Positions 12,036-30,703 of a stretch of DNA of 64,000 bases are shown here, one piece after another. Source of the stretch: Eledone cirrhosa. Its lineage: Eukaryota. The notes under the pieces are model-generated. The model had not been told where the DNA came from, made no database searches, and was given only the letters and a program-made list of their open reading frames with translations. The translations under genes were made by a program, and so were the position numbers. Positions within the stretch are counted from its first letter, which is position 1, and each line of letters begins with the position of its first letter. The stretch spans positions 111,910,001-111,974,000 of the forward strand of contig OZ024743.1 in the NCBI GenBank assembly GCA_964016885.1. The letters run 5' to 3'.

Positions 12036-12710
12036 AGGGCGGATGATTACTAGAATTATTGGCGCATTGGACGAAGTGATTTTCAATATCTAGTTACAAA
12101 CCTTTGTGTTTTGTATTCAAGTTTTGCCTTTAATATTTCTGTAGTCGATAAAATAATGTAAAATGAAAGATTTGTGTCGATATTATCCACTAGACTTCTC
12201 CCCAAATAATCCATTACTTCCGCTTAAGTTAAAGATCAATATTAATTTTAATATAAAATCAAAATTATTGATAATATTTTAAAACATTTGGGCAAAATGT
12301 TCTACGGTACGCAACTGCATGTTTTTTCATTGTAAGTCAAAATCTCGCAAGATTCATCATTACGTGTTATGCCCCAGGGTCGTTATAAAGGATCAGTCAA
12401 GTAATGTAGTTGATTTAATCGATTATCTCCTCTTGCATTGTGAGTGACAGTGTGTCGAGTTTCAGTGCAATATGCGTTTCCAACATGAATGTGGTGGTTA
12501 GCAGATTCTGTTGAATGGCTGAATAAATATGTCATAGTATCTAGTTACCTCTCTTCATGCTATGACTTCACATGTGGCAAGTTGATTTTGCTCTTCATCA
12601 GTCTAGAGTGAAAGAAAGGAATAATATACTAGAACAGTGAACGATTAAATCAACTCAATTCCTCCCTTCCAAATATGTGGTATTGTGCTAAAGGTAGAAA
12701 TCAATATCAG
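12036..12710 (+). mobile_element. Cluster of about three old SINE copies
   Basis: Degenerate heads (GGGCGGATGATTACTAGAAT, GGTGGTTAGCAGATT), core remnants (TTTTGCCTTT...GTCGATAAAATAA) and tail TTGTGCTAAAGGTAGAAATC. Confidence 0.5.
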
Positions 12711-13483
12711 TTTCAGATAGATCTATATATTTAACAATATATCTAAATATAAATATAAAGATCCATGTACCTATTCACCTTCTTGATAGATGTCCTTCTA
12801 TTTTTCTGTCACTTCCACCTCACCTCTTCCCCTTTCATTTCCTCCTGATGTCATTCGCCCAATCTTTCTCTCTTTCACTTTATCTATATATCTTTGTATT
12901 TTTCACCCCTGTTTAGCTACAACAATATTACATAGATGCACAACAAAGATATATGATGTAGCCACTACATGTTTATCAATATCTGTCTCTCCTACTCCTT
13001 CCTACTATCTCCGTCTCTATGTTCATCTTGTTCTTCAATCTCCTCCCTTCTCTCTTTCTCTCTCGCTCTCTCTCGATCTTTCTGTCCCTCTCTCTCTCTT
13101 ATATTGTGTTTAAAAGCCGATGATTTCCAAAGGAGGAAATTAATTACTGTAATAATCATTCCCATATAAATGTGTGGAGTAGAAGCACATGATGTTCGTG
13201 AATTCATTGTCATTCAGTGACAACAACATGGATGATATGATTGAACTATGAAATTATATTATAGATATCTCCTTAAATTACTATCAGTTTTTCTAAGATA
13301 TCCTTTTAGACATTCATTTATCAACACATCCATATCACTCACTCACTATCTTTCAGTCTTTATCTGGTTTTCTTCGCATAATTGATTCACGCTATCTCTC
13401 TTCGTGTTTCTTCTGTTTTCCTTGTCTCTCTTTATATATCTACAGATAAATCTATATCATATGCATACACAAAGACACATTCA

Positions 13484-13595
<112 letters not shown>

Positions 13596-13704
13596 AATAT
13601 ACACACATCCATTCACATACTCATATACACATACGTATACCACAAATATACTCACACACAAACACACAAACATATATATATATACGTGAATGTATCCATT
13701 TATT

Positions 13705-13742
<38 letters not shown>

Positions 13743-14271
13743 CATGTGTATACATACAAACACACATGTATACATAGACACATATTTACATGCATAATTG
13801 CTTACGTACGTAGATATGAAAACAGATCCGTAGGGCAGGTGAAATTTTCTGTGTACTGAGGCATTGTTAATTTACCGATGTACAGAGAGGTGTAATGAAG
13901 GGTAAGTCAGTAATAATTTCTGATTCCGTTATTCAACATTCATATTTTGAGATAACTCGCACACACACACATAGGCACGTGATATTATATATATGGAATT
14001 AGAAGTTTTACCGTATATTCGATACAGAAAATAGTCTAATATTAGGCCAGATAAACCCTCATAATGAAAAAATAGGCATTAGCATGCATATGTATATGTG
14101 GGAATGTGTGTATGGGTGTGCGCGCGCATAAACATTTGCGTATACATGCACACAAATATGTACATACATACGTATATATATGTATATATATATTCTTCTC
14201 CTTCTTGCTGTTGCTCAACGAGGTCGGAGGCATCTTAAGCCAAAGATCCCAAAGCCTCTTCGTGCCTAGTT

Positions 14272-14339
<68 letters not shown>

Positions 14340-14620
14340 CGTCTTTGAATTTGTTTTGCAAGATTTCTTATCTGAGAACGTGTTTTGAAACAAATATTGT
14401 TATATTTTGTGAGGGTCATGCCGCCAATAAAAACGCACGCACCTATGTGTTTTCACTTCGATTTATTACAAATTTCCGTTTGGTTGGTTTGTTCGATAAC
14501 CAGATGGTTGTTTATATATTGTCAGAGCTCTTTCGTCACACATTATCTGCCCTCCTCTCAGAGTGACTGGGTTTTTATATTGTCTCTTCTGTGTTCTGTC
14601 CTAGACCATCTTGGTTTTGT
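14340..14620 (-). mobile_element. ~280-bp ORF-less hammerhead-bearing repeat (second copy 36024-36295, +)
   Basis: Reverse-complement homology with 36024-36295. The minus strand has TGTGAC-GAAA-GAGC-TC-TGAC at 14521-14540. Both copies are bounded by (TA)n. Confidence 0.7.
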
Positions 14621-14623
14621 GTG

Positions 14624-14666
<43 letters not shown>

Positions 14667-14701
14667 TACATATCTATCTGTCTATCCCACCTCTCTCTAT
14701 T

Positions 14702-14755
<54 letters not shown>

Positions 14756-14779
14756 CTAATATATACCCTATATATATTT

Positions 14780-15145
14780 ACCCTAAAATGGGAAAAATTA
14801 GCTAAAACCCAAAGCTTTTCCAGGAGCCAAAATTTCTGCAAATTGTGTAATCTTGAGATTTATTACATAATCACACACAAGAAGAAACTGCTGAATAACA
14901 GAATTGAACGAACATTATTCTGCCGTCACAGAACTAAAACCCTTTTTTCCCACTACAAGCCGAATATTACATAAAAGAGGGACATCCCCCAACTATATAA
15001 ACCTTAATCTAGTTAGAAAAATATAAAAACAATCTCTTCTCAACATATATTAATAACCTTAAATTACCACACTAATAATGGAAAGATATGCTGATGAGAA
15101 TAGGTACAAATATGCGATAATGAATGTGTCTAAAAACGTCCATAA
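14780..15145 (+). mobile_element. Penelope-like element 3' remnant (GIY-YIG C-terminus and decayed hammerhead)
   Basis: KWEKLAKTQSFSRSQNFCKLCNLEIYYII...LLNNRIERTLFCRH matches the C-termini at 38139-38855 and 42830-43000. CTGATGAG at 15091. Confidence 0.7.
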
Positions 15146-15243
15146 GTATGTATATATATGTGAAAATGTATATAAATAAGTAAATATATATATATGTTTG
15201 ATGTGTATAGTTAGATGTAAGTGTATTCATATATTAAAGTGCT

Positions 15244-15275
<32 letters not shown>

Positions 15276-15589
15276 GATATATATATATATATATATATGT
15301 ATATATGTGTATATGGATGTGTATGTATGTGTATGTGTGTACACATGGACTAGAGTATGTATGTATATATGTGTGTGTCTATACGTGTGTATATAAAGAT
15401 AAGTTGAGTATGAAAATGTATACACATGAGCGCGTATGTATGTACATGAATACATGTGTGTATATATATGTGTATGCATGTGTATATATATGTAAGTATG
15501 AATATGTGAATTGTGAGTATATGTATTTTGTAGAGGTGTGCAAATATATTTGTGTGTGAATGTGTGGGTGAAAGGATACGTACACTTGA

Positions 15590-16012
15590 AAGAAAAAATT
15601 AAGTCTGAATGTTAATTAAGTGCAAACACAAAACCAACCACGCATATCTTTACTATCTCTAATCCTTCTATAGATTTAGAAAAATAACCAATAATATATT
15701 CTATAAAAAATGTCAAAACAACAGATGGGAATCTAATTACTCACTGCCACCAAGAATTCTCACTGCTATCGAAAAACCACTCCTTCAACTATTCTTCTAA
15801 CAACTTCACCCCTCCCTCCTAATATTCTCTATAAAAACTAAATAGGTCCTCAGTAATATTATTCTGATGAAATGACAGTAAATAATAACATTGAAATATT
15901 GAATGTCTGCATAACTAAAAGTTTGTAGATAGCAGCTGTTTTAGGTTATGTAACTGTTATAGAAACACGTGTCAATAAATTCCTTTCAACTAAACTGTAT
16001 CCATTCAAATCG

Positions 16013-16015
<3 letters not shown>
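15590..16015 (+). mobile_element. Penelope-like 3' remnant with two tandem hammerhead motifs
   Basis: LIKCKH-type end near 15615. CTGATGA-AATG...CATT-GAAA-TATTGAATG-TC (15864-15907), and a second motif with a decayed core, TAGCAG...CTGTTA-TA-GAAA-CACGTG-TC (about 15922-15975). Confidence 0.6.
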
Positions 16016-16056
<41 letters not shown>

Positions 16057-16783
16057 AAAAAAGATGAAATCAAAAATGCAACTGGAGTCTTTTCCTTTTA
16101 AATATATATATTTATTTGGTTCCTTTACCAGTTTCACAGTTCTTCTGCTTTTCAAAGGTAGAGTTGAGATGGAGGGTCTGTGGTTTTTCTCACATCTGGT
16201 TGGTCTTTGAATGTTACTTGTTTTATATGGCAAAAGGTGGCTCGAAATGTCAGGTTTTTAGAGAAGTAATTTAATTGGTTCGTGAATAAGTATAATACAT
16301 TTCGCGGCAGTTCGCGTTACGAAGTTCTTCAAACAAAGTGTGTGTGTGTGGGGGAGGGGGTCATATATGAGTGAAGTTTGGTTGGTTGATGCAGTTACGT
16401 GAATAAGCACATAAGCTTTCGAGCCAGTTTGTGTTTGAATTTCTTTTTACTTTAAAAAATTTGCTCACGAAGGCTTTTTTTAAAAAATGTCATTTGATTG
16501 GTTATAAATGAAATTATGACTGTCACGTGAACAAGTTCATTAATTTTAGCGTCCGTATTTGGGAATGTATTTTGTAGCCTATTAGAGAATTGTGTGCCAA
16601 ACAAAAGATAATGGTCAAGAAAAATGGGATGGGGTGAATTGTTCTGGTTCAGATTTCTATTGAAATAAAGAATGTAGAGATATGTATGTTTATTTGTGTG
16701 CTTGTGTGTGTGTGAGTCTGTGTATAGGAAGAGGATTATTAGAAATGGGGTAGGGAGTTGCGTGTGTGTGTGTGTGAGTATGG

Positions 16784-18087
16784 GTGTTATATCCCAATGA
16801 GTTACCTGACAGAATAGAAAAAAGCTTCATCAGCGAGGGATTAACATTTATTTTACAGAACAACTTTTTTTATTTCGATGGCAGTATTTACAAGCAAATA
16901 TTGGGGACGGCGATGGGTACAAAAGCTGCTCGAACTTATGCCAACTTACTCATGGCATACTTGGATGTCCAGATATATGAACAGTCCAAATCAAAATACG
17001 GATTGAACTTCCACAAATATTTATTAGAAAATTTGAAACGTTACTTGGATGATTGTCTCATTCTGTGGTCCCACACACTCGACCAAATAAATGATTTCAA
17101 AAAATTAATTAACGGCATCATTAACCGCATCCAATTCACAATGGAATACAGCCAAGATCAACTCCCATTTCTGGACAGCTTAATCTTAAAAAAAGACAAA
17201 AATATTGAAACTTACATACAACAGATTCCATACAATACCTGCTATTCACCTCCATCCATCCAAATGCACACGAATACGAACATTCCTTTTAACCTAGCAA
17301 GAAGAATATGCACAATTGTCTCCAATTATGAAACGCGAAATAAAAGACTTCAAGAATTAAATGAAATTCTACTCGAAAGACAGTAGCCACCATTACTAAT
17401 AAATAATGGAATAGAAAGGGCCAAAGCAATAGGCATAGATGAATTACGAAAACAGAAACAAATTCAAGGTACGTCCAATATTTTATCATATATCTCAACA
17501 CACAACCCAAGAAATGCGGAAGCTTGCAACACTATTCACAAGAACATCCCACTATTGAAACAGGACCCAAGAATGAAAAAAGCCCTTGAAACACACAAAA
17601 TAATCAAAAGCAAAATACAACCGAAATCCCTAAAAACATTACTCACCAATGCCAAATTACCTACCACAAACCAACAACCAACTGTCAAAAAATGTGGTCG
17701 CTCTAATTGTGGAACCTGCACTCACTTCATTGAAGGCAACACGTATACATTTCAATCAGGACAAAATTTTGCTGTAAAAAACACTTCACTTGCTCATCAA
17801 AAAATCTAGATTAAGCCATTAAATGTAAAGCATACAATGAAGATTATATAGGACAAACTAAACTCACACTCAGAAACAGAATGACAGTCCATCGCTAACA
17901 ATTACTAGATCCAACCACGAGACAGATACCACTAAGACCATATCTAGACATTTGCGCAAGTAATAAGACACCCAAATTCCAAGTCTTCCCATTTTATCTT
18001 TGCGCTGACAATACAGCAGAACAAATACGAATAAATAAGGAAAATATGTTTATTCAAAAATATAGACCAGCATTAAATATAGTTTAA
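16784..18087 (+). pseudogene. PLE reverse transcriptase-GIY-YIG endonuclease, disrupted
   Basis: Motifs NNFFYFDG, QILGTAMGT, RYLDDC, LPFLD, Cys linker CGRSNCGTC and YIGQT...RMTVHR. Premature TAG at 17384-17386 and frameshifts. Confidence 0.9.
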
Positions 18088-18199
18088 TATACATTATGTC
18101 AATACCATAACATGCTAAACATCCAAACAGACACATACACACACACATAACACCTACTTTAGAACATAATAACCAGAACTAAATAAACCTTAACATACG

Positions 18200-18620
18200 T
18201 TAATACTCTAACACCTTAAAATGCTAACACCCCCCCACACACATACGCACACATAACTCCCTCCCCCATTTCTACTAATGGAATCATTTTCTTACACACA
18301 CACAAAAACAATATATATATATATATTCTCTCCATCATAACATGCTAACCAACTCCCACACACACATACACACACACACATAACACCCATACACCCACAC
18401 ATAACACCCACACACACACACAACTCCCACCCCCATTTCTACTAATAGAATCACTTTCCTAAACACACACATACACAAAATATATATATACTCTCCATCT
18501 TAACATGCTAACCATACTCCCACACACACATACACACACACATAACACCCATACACACACACACACAACTCCCTCCCCCGTTTCTACTAATCATCTTCGT
18601 ATACACACACACACACAAGC
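18200..18620 (+). repeat. Imperfect tandem repeats in the PLE 3' UTR
   Basis: About three units of ATGCTAAC...(CA)n...AACTCCC(T/A)CCCC(A/G)TTTCTACTAAT. Confidence 0.75.
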
Positions 18621-19206
18621 ACACAAATAAATATACATATCTCTACTTTCTTTATTTCAATAGAAAGTCTGAATTCTGACACCCCAGCGAACCAGCCATA
18701 TTCACTGAAATAGAACAATTCTCCCCATCCCATTTTTCTTGACCATTATTTGTTTGGCACAAAATTCTCTAAAAGGCTACAAAATAAATTCTCAAATACG
18801 GGCGCGAAAATTAATGAACTTGTTCACGTGACAGTCATAATTTCATTTATAACCAATCAAATTAGATTTTTAAAAAAAAAACCTTCGTGAGCCACTTTTT
18901 TTAAGGAAAAAGAAATTCAAACACAAACTGGCGCGAAAGCTGATGTGCTTATTCACGTGACTGCATCAACCAACCAAACTTCACTCATATATGAAAAAAC
19001 AACCTGAGCCACCCATATCCCCCACCCTCTTTGTTTGAAGAACTTTGTAACGCGAACTGGCGGGAAATGTATTATACTTATTCACCAACCAATCGAATTA
19101 CTTCTCTAAAAACCTGACATTTCGAGCCAGTTTTTGCCATATAAAACAAGTAATATTCAAAGACCAACCAGATGTGAGAAAAACCAAAGACTATCCATCA
19201 CAACTC

Positions 19207-19245
19207 TACTTTTGAAAAGCAGATGAACTACGAAACCGGTAAAGG
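19207..19245 (+). ncRNA. Minimal hammerhead motif with U3-A8 core (inverted copy about 16122-16160)
   Basis: TTGAAAA-GCAG...CTAC-GAAA-CCGG-TA-AAGG. The inverted copy reads CCT-TTGAAAA-GCAG...CTGT-GAAA-CTGG-TA-AAGG. Confidence 0.6.
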
Positions 19246-19466
19246 AACCAAATAAATATATATATTAAAAACAAAAAGACTCCAGTTGCAGTTTTGATTT
19301 CATCTTTTTCCTTATACTTTCACTCGTGTAGGACGCCTCGGTTATTTTTCATTTATTTAAAAAAGCCTCACTTTCTAATATAGATATGCAAATTAGGCTG
19401 CACAGCCATTAATATGCATAGGGAAAGTATATACTTTCAGACGTTCAATCAACTGGCATGGGGTAT

Positions 19467-19509
19467 ACGTCGCTGACGATAGCTAATAAGCTTGAAACTA
19501 GTACAGCGT
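19467..19509 (+). ncRNA. Minimal type I hammerhead motif (PLE type)
   Basis: ACGTCG-CTGACGA-T-AGCT(AATA)AGCT-T-GAAA-CTAG-TA-CAGCGT. Palindromic CTAG in place of stem III; one mismatch in stem I. Confidence 0.75.
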
Positions 19510-19807
19510 TCCTTTGTCAGTGTTGAACAAATGAGCAACGATGGCTGCTAGACACTACGGCTCAATACGGGATGTTTGTTTACAAACACACCGAGCATTA
19601 TAATAAATGTTCGGTGAATCCATACGTACAACATATATATATATATATATGTGTGCATGTATGTATATATATATATACATACTACTGTACGTCTCTATAC
19701 ATATATGTATGTACGTATACATACTTATATATATATATATAGTATTGACATACATGGTATACATAACTGCTATTTAATAAACCGAGCAACGCCGGGTACC
19801 TCTGCTA

Positions 19808-23275
<3,468 letters not shown>

Positions 23276-23474
23276 TATATAGAGAGAGATATCGTGTGCT
23301 GAAATATTTTTAGTACGGGTCAAATCTAGAATTTGCCAACAAACCAAAGTAAAAATTTTGTAAATACAAGAAAATAAACTCGATAGAGTGCGTCTTCAAC
23401 TTAGATTTCGTTATCAATAACCTGAAGACATTATAAAGAATTTCAATCATGAAATAAATTAATGATAATAATAA

Positions 23475-23880
23475 TTGTTTCTGATTTAGGCACAAGGCCA
23501 ACAATTTTGTGATGAAGGGAAAGTCGATAAAATCGACCGAGTTCGTTACTTGTAATTTATTTTATCGACCTCGCAAGATTGAAAGGCTTTGCTGACCTCG
23601 GTAGGAGTTGAACTTAAAACGCGACAGAGCCGCAACTCTATGCCTATAAGCATATTGTCCGACGCTCTACCTGAAAATACTAGTGGTTTCTAATTTAGGT
23701 AATTAGACTATAATTTTGGTGGAAGGGAAAGTTTATTAAATCGACCTCAGTTTCTTACTGAGAATTTATGTTATTGACACCACAAGGATGAATGGTAAAA
23801 CTAACCTCAGTAAAGAGGGCCGTAACGCTGCCGTAAATAATGGTGTGCACTGCCATAATGTTACTGCCATCCACTGCCCT
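23475..23880 (-). mobile_element. Tandem SINE dimer
   Basis: The first unit (23475-23671) ends at GCTCTACC. A second, more diverged unit (23685-23880) keeps the head CTGCCATCCACTGCCC. Confidence 0.75.
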
Positions 23881-24812
23881 AAAGATAAATATATATATGA
23901 ATAATAATGTAAGTGTTATTAATATAAATATAAATAATAATAACTACAAAAAAATAACAATAAAAATACTAGTAAGACTAGCAAAATACTGGAGAAAAGA
24001 AAAAAATATTAAGTATGTCTTCGTCCATTTCCTAACAAAGAATAGTTTCTGTCAAACAAACCCAGGTAGAAAATTCTGGAATATTTTTTGAATTTAAATG
24101 AATTCCATTAATTGCTTATTTGAAATTAATAGAAATTAATTCGTTGAAGCATTTGATAAATATCACAATCACAACACACAGAAAAAGAAACGGTTATAGC
24201 AGCAGGAGTAGCAACGAGCGAAATAACAGTAAAAGCAGCAGGAGAAGCAATAGCAACACTAGCAATAGCAGCAAATGTATCAACAACGAACGAAGTGATA
24301 GGGAATTTGAAAATACATTGTAAAGAACCTACCTAAATAACAAACGTGTCTTGTCTGATACACTAATGATTCTGCAACCCAACGTCCTATAACCAGCTCT
24401 CTATATGATAAACTACAACCGCAAGACTATGTGGCTGATACCAAAAACTCCATACCGGTATCTTCATTGGCAATAACGTATTAAGCCTTTACATCTATGA
24501 TCAACAAAACGTTGGATATTCATCTCAGGAATATTTATCTATTGATTTGATTTCGTAACAGGCCTGTATGGGTGCAATGATCAGCTACTAGTGAATCAGT
24601 CTTTTAAAAGAAGAAAGAAGAAAATCTTCTTAATAGGATCACCTGCTTTGGTTACTGAAAATATACAACATTCCTTTGCCTCTTTTTTAAGTTCTTTCTG
24701 TCATACTCTAACTACTTTTCTGGAAGAAATCAAAGAGCGATGGACCCTGAGACAGATCGACTTAGATGCTTTAAATTCGCAAGCAGCACTGTTCGGTTGT
24801 ATGTCCATACAT

Positions 24813-24879
<67 letters not shown>

Positions 24880-25154
24880 CATACATACACACATACATAC
24901 GCACCTATAACAAGAATCTTTCAAGGAAATGCATTATCCCCTTTACAGTTTTGTCTATCTTTGACTCCTTGAGAAAATATGTTGAATGAAACTAAGAACT
25001 GCAAAACATGACGATGGGGATGATATAATGATATTTAAAAGGCGTAATACACACATGAAAAATCAAGGCTTAAACGGATGTAGCATTAGAAAAAACTCAA
25101 AGGTGCAAATTAACTAAAACAATTTACGTTAAATTAGATAATGTGTAATGGGTA

Positions 25155-25460
25155 ATGACTCCCTTCGTTCACGAATGACCATGGTTTTGCAGCTAGAAAG
25201 TTCCACTCCGAAGCACAAGCCCGGGGCAAGTGTTTTTCTGGAAGACTAACAATCATCCATGCATACCAATCTCCCATCAACCCATAATCGATGTTGTTCA
25301 AGGAAAAAGCAAAGGCAGATACAGTTTTGTACCAAATGCATTGCATTTCATTTCTACAGCGCGAAATAAAGTATCTTGTTGAAGGAATTAACGCATTATC
25401 CGGTCCAGGAATCTAACTCATATCCTCACGATTGTGAATCCCACAATCTTACCACTCAGA
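25155..25460 (-). mobile_element. Second tRNA-derived SINE family, old copy
   Basis: Homologous to 61642-61943: shared CGAATGACCATGG, CTAGAAAGTTCC, GCATACCAA and CGATGTTGT. tRNA-like head at the right end. Confidence 0.75.
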
Positions 25461-26199
25461 CATCTAAATCAGACATTTAGACCAGCATAAGTCCTCAGAC
25501 ATAAAAGAAAATTGGTTGGTACATCAGATGGAAAAAGTGAGAGAAATAGTAAATTATTATAGAACTGTCATTCGAAAATTAAAATCTGCATTATATGCTA
25601 GATATAAGATTAAAGTTGTGAATTTTATAAACAACCGTTTTAGTATAATAGACTGGAATTGATATGAATTAAAGAGCTATATTATAGACAACAAAAATTA
25701 TACTAATAATATTTAGAAAAGCTACATTCTCAAAGCTGATTTATTTTTCATTCCACAAACACGGGGAGGGCGGGGTGTGTTACAAATAGAAAACCACTAT
25801 AGCCTAACGACAAAAATTAAGGTTAGTCGATATGGGACTAGCTAACTGATAGATGGTGTAAAAATTGCTATTCTACCCCTAGAGATTGACGTAACGTATT
25901 CTGGCGAAGCAAAACAACAAAGGTCAGAACAGTCAGAATTGGATTAAAGCCAAAGTAATAGTTGTTAACAATGTTTGTGCAATATTTAGTATTGGTCAAA
26001 TTTTCAATTAAATATACTTATAAGAATTGTGTTTCATTGTTGTCCATAATACGAAATATTATTAATTAATTAATTAAAATGTTGATAAATACCATCTAAT
26101 GGTTTTTTTTCTGTTAATGTTACATGTTACGTTTAGAGCATCTAGTGACTTCAAAAATGTTTTCTGATTAAGGCTCAAGTCGAACAATTTGTGTGAATG

Positions 26200-26372
26200 G
26201 GAAAGTTTATTACAAAGACACCAATGAATGAGAGGTACTTTATTGTATCGACCGTAGAGAATGTTGAAAAGTTGACTTCGGTTGAATTGAACCCACAATT
26301 TAAAAAAAGGTCGTAACATATGCTATAAAGTATTTTGTCCGAACGTCTAATGACTATGCCTATGCACTGCAT
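26200..26372 (-). mobile_element. Decayed SINE
   Basis: GGTACTTTATTGTATCGACC...AAAGTTGACTTCGG...ATTGAACCCAC. Confidence 0.6.
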
Positions 26373-26550
26373 TCGTGATTTTCATAATGCATAATTGTAT
26401 AATGGTATATTACGCTAAAATTTAAAGTGTGGGGATATATATTTTTAAATATGAACATTCTAAGATTCTGCCACCTGTTAGTATACAGGAAGCTACGGAA
26501 ATTAATTACTTTAACGGGGATTATTATTTTTTTCATGAGTAATCACATTA

Positions 26551-27182
26551 TCTATATATATAAAACTGAGGATGTCTGTCTGTGTGTGTGTCTGTGAGTT
26601 TGAATCCCTAAAACTCGAAAAGTACGCAACCGATTTTTTTTCAAACTTTACATGTGTATTACTTATGTATTCAGGAAGTGTTATGCAGATTAAAAAATTC
26701 AAGTTTTTTACCCCTAGGTGAAAAACTGCGTTTTGTTTCAGCTTTTTAGGGTTGTTTTGAGGCGTTACGTCAGACCGATTTCCTTGAAATTGTAACTATG
26801 TATTAGTTAGTCTCTTCATCATACCGTGAGCAAAGACAATCCAACATTATACGGCCTAGGGCCCGCATTAGGTTAAAAACTTCATTTTTTCAGCTTTTTA
26901 GGGCTTTTCGGAGGCGTTACGTCTAGCCGATTTCCCGAAATTTCAAGGCATATTATGCACATTAAAAAATTCATTTTCTTGATTCCCTAGGGTCCGCATT
27001 AGGTAAAAACCTGCATTTTTCCTGCTTCATCGAGGAAAATCTTAAAGATTATCCAGCCATCAGAGTGTTCGGTTTATTTTCTTTACATATTGTCCAGACA
27101 TGCAGTTTTTCCACGATTAGGTCTGTTGGTGGCCCGCGTTCCAAAATACCTTATCCCGTGCAACGCTGGGTACCACTGCTAG
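26551..27182 (+). mobile_element. Non-autonomous Helitron
   Basis: Starts TCTATATATATAAAACTGAGGATGTCTGTCTG after an A. Ends with hairpin CCCGTGCAACGCTGGG and CTAG before a T. No TSD. Internal ~120-150-bp imperfect repeats. Confidence 0.85.
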
Positions 27183-28672
27183 TAATATAAAATTTCACGT
27201 AAATAATATAGTTTAAAAAGCTTAACTAAATATTGTAATGTTGGCTCATGGCCCAACTTTAAATATCCATTCAGACACCGTATAAATGTAAGTGTTTGTA
27301 AAGGAGCTTCATGGAAATTTGACTTTGTGTCAATGCCCGAATATATCTTTCTTTTTGCATCAGTAGCCTAATTGAATACAAATACTGCCAGCATTTAATC
27401 GAAATCATGTAGTATAATCAATAGAAATTATAATACGGAAAAAACCTAATCTTCCTGACCTGACAGCAATTGCTGGTAGTTCCGCTACAAATCAAACCGT
27501 AAAAGAGTAGGGCACATTCTAAATTGTAGGTCCCTATATATAAAGCTATGGGATGATCACAGGTACAATCATAGATATACTAGGTCAGAATGTATCTATC
27601 GTTAAACAACAGCACAAATCTAAATATTGCCTTACGTAGATACCAGGGGCGTGGGTAAATAGTAGGTTTTGAATTACACAGGGTATTGTTTTTCAGTATT
27701 GGAATGTAATATGTGGTGACAGTCTTACTAAGCGAAAGCAACGAGATTATGATTTGTAGCCGAGTAAAAGGTTTGTTTACAGAAGATTGGTTGCTACTCG
27801 CTGTAAAAGAAAGGAGAGTGTTAATCCACGATGAAAAATAACGGTCCAATTAGTACGATTTCTATTGATGTTACAAATATAATTGATGTGATGACTGACC
27901 AGCTCAGTTTGACTCAGTATTGTTATATCTTGCGTCAAAATAGTGATATGAAAAATGCTCTTCCGGTTTCAACTAATACAACGAGCCAGAACCCTGTTAT
28001 GTAATGCAGTAAATAATATAATCGACCTTACAGATGAAACGGTCTCTGATATAGAAGAATGAGTTTTATTCATTTACGTTGATTTAGATGAAGAGACAGA
28101 TAGATGTTCAGTGAGAGTTGGAACAGACAAAGGATTCGGGTTGAGAGCGCTGGAAGTTGAACGAAATGTTGACAATAAAGTATATGAAGGTCTGAAGAAT
28201 GAGTTGCGTGTTCCGTTGTATTCTTCACAATCAACATCTCCATTACCACCACTGCTTTATATGCAGCTTTTTCATGATTAGCACAACTTTAGAAATAATA
28301 ACAAACATGAAATGAACAGCAATGAAAGCATTGCAACAACATCACTATCACCAACAACAAGCAAAAATAATATCACTACTAACACCAACATCATTGATAA
28401 TCACTGCGACTTTAGAATTCTAAGGGTTGAAAAGATACAGTTGACATTTCCAAAAATAATATTTACACAAAATCTACAGATATAGAACTTCAGTAAAATG
28501 CAAGTAGAATCGATCTCTTGTTTATCTCAAAATATATTGTAGGTTTCCATTCATTTCCTTCCGACATTGTGATACGTGGGTCGTTGGGAAGAAATGTAAT
28601 CATATATATATATATACATGTATAAAAATATATACATCTATATATATATATATATATATAAAATATATATAT

Positions 28673-29719
<1,047 letters not shown>

Positions 29720-30550
29720 TTGTATGTAAATGAAGTAATTCCTTTATATTTGTATATAGTTGTATGTATATATATATGTATGTATATATATATATGTGTG
29801 TGTGTGTGTATATATCTGTATATATATATAAATACATATATATATATATATATATATGCGTGTGTGTGTGAGTGGGTGGGTGTGTCTAACTATATATGCA
29901 AACCTAAATGCTTAAATGTATGTATTTGTTTGCATTTGCGTTTCCTCTTTATGTTAATAGCATGTTCATTTTTCGGCCAATGGATGATTGCGTGGTATGA
30001 TACTTCAGTGCATTGGATTACCTGTGAATGTGTGTGTTCGTATATCTGTGGTTTTGTCTGTGTGTGCATGTATGTTTACTGGTGTGGATGATATAAAGAA
30101 TTACATAAGAATACTCCTATTTGTGTGTGTGTGGTGACGTCTTTCTGTGTGCTCGAATATGTGTTAGTTTATGAACCTTTCATTGCGTACAAGTGAGATA
30201 GCGTTAAAGGCAAGTTATTCCTATTAAACAAATCAAGTTAAGTTTCGTAAAATGGGCTGAGTAAATTGACCCAAGGCCGTTGAAAACAACAGAAAATTGC
30301 ACATTACTACGTCAAATTTTCTTCTCTCTTTTTATCCTTTATGTGATTATCTGTTAATCTTTCTCACCGACTGGCTAGTAAATAATGAAAATTGATCTTA
30401 AATCATTCTCCTTTTCTCTTTTCCCACTCGCATATTCTCTGGCTCTCTTTTGCTCTCACCCCCTCTATGAATCTCTATCTATCTTTCTTTTAATCTCTCA
30501 GCATTTCCCTCACCCCCATTTTTCTAGCTCCCTCTCTTTCTCTTCCCCCC

Positions 30551-30596
<46 letters not shown>

Positions 30597-30655
30597 ATGT
30601 GTGTGTGTGTGTGTGTGTGTATGTGTGTGGGTGTGTGTGTGTGTGGGTGTGTGGG

Positions 30656-30703
<48 letters not shown>

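Larger units (their letters stand above)
16051..19630 (+). mobile_element. 5'-truncated Penelope-like retroelement (Neptune-like linker) with inverted pseudo-LTR
   Basis: 16051-16790 is the reverse complement of about 18541-19315. RT/GIY-YIG remnant at 16790-18087, hammerheads in the 3' region, (TA)n on both flanks. Confidence 0.9.

Noticed and set aside
28010-28281. Protein-like frame IYVDLDEETDRCSVRVGTDKGFGLRALEVERNVDNK
   Set aside because: Bounded by stops on both strands, no recognisable domain, and no convincing splice-site pair.
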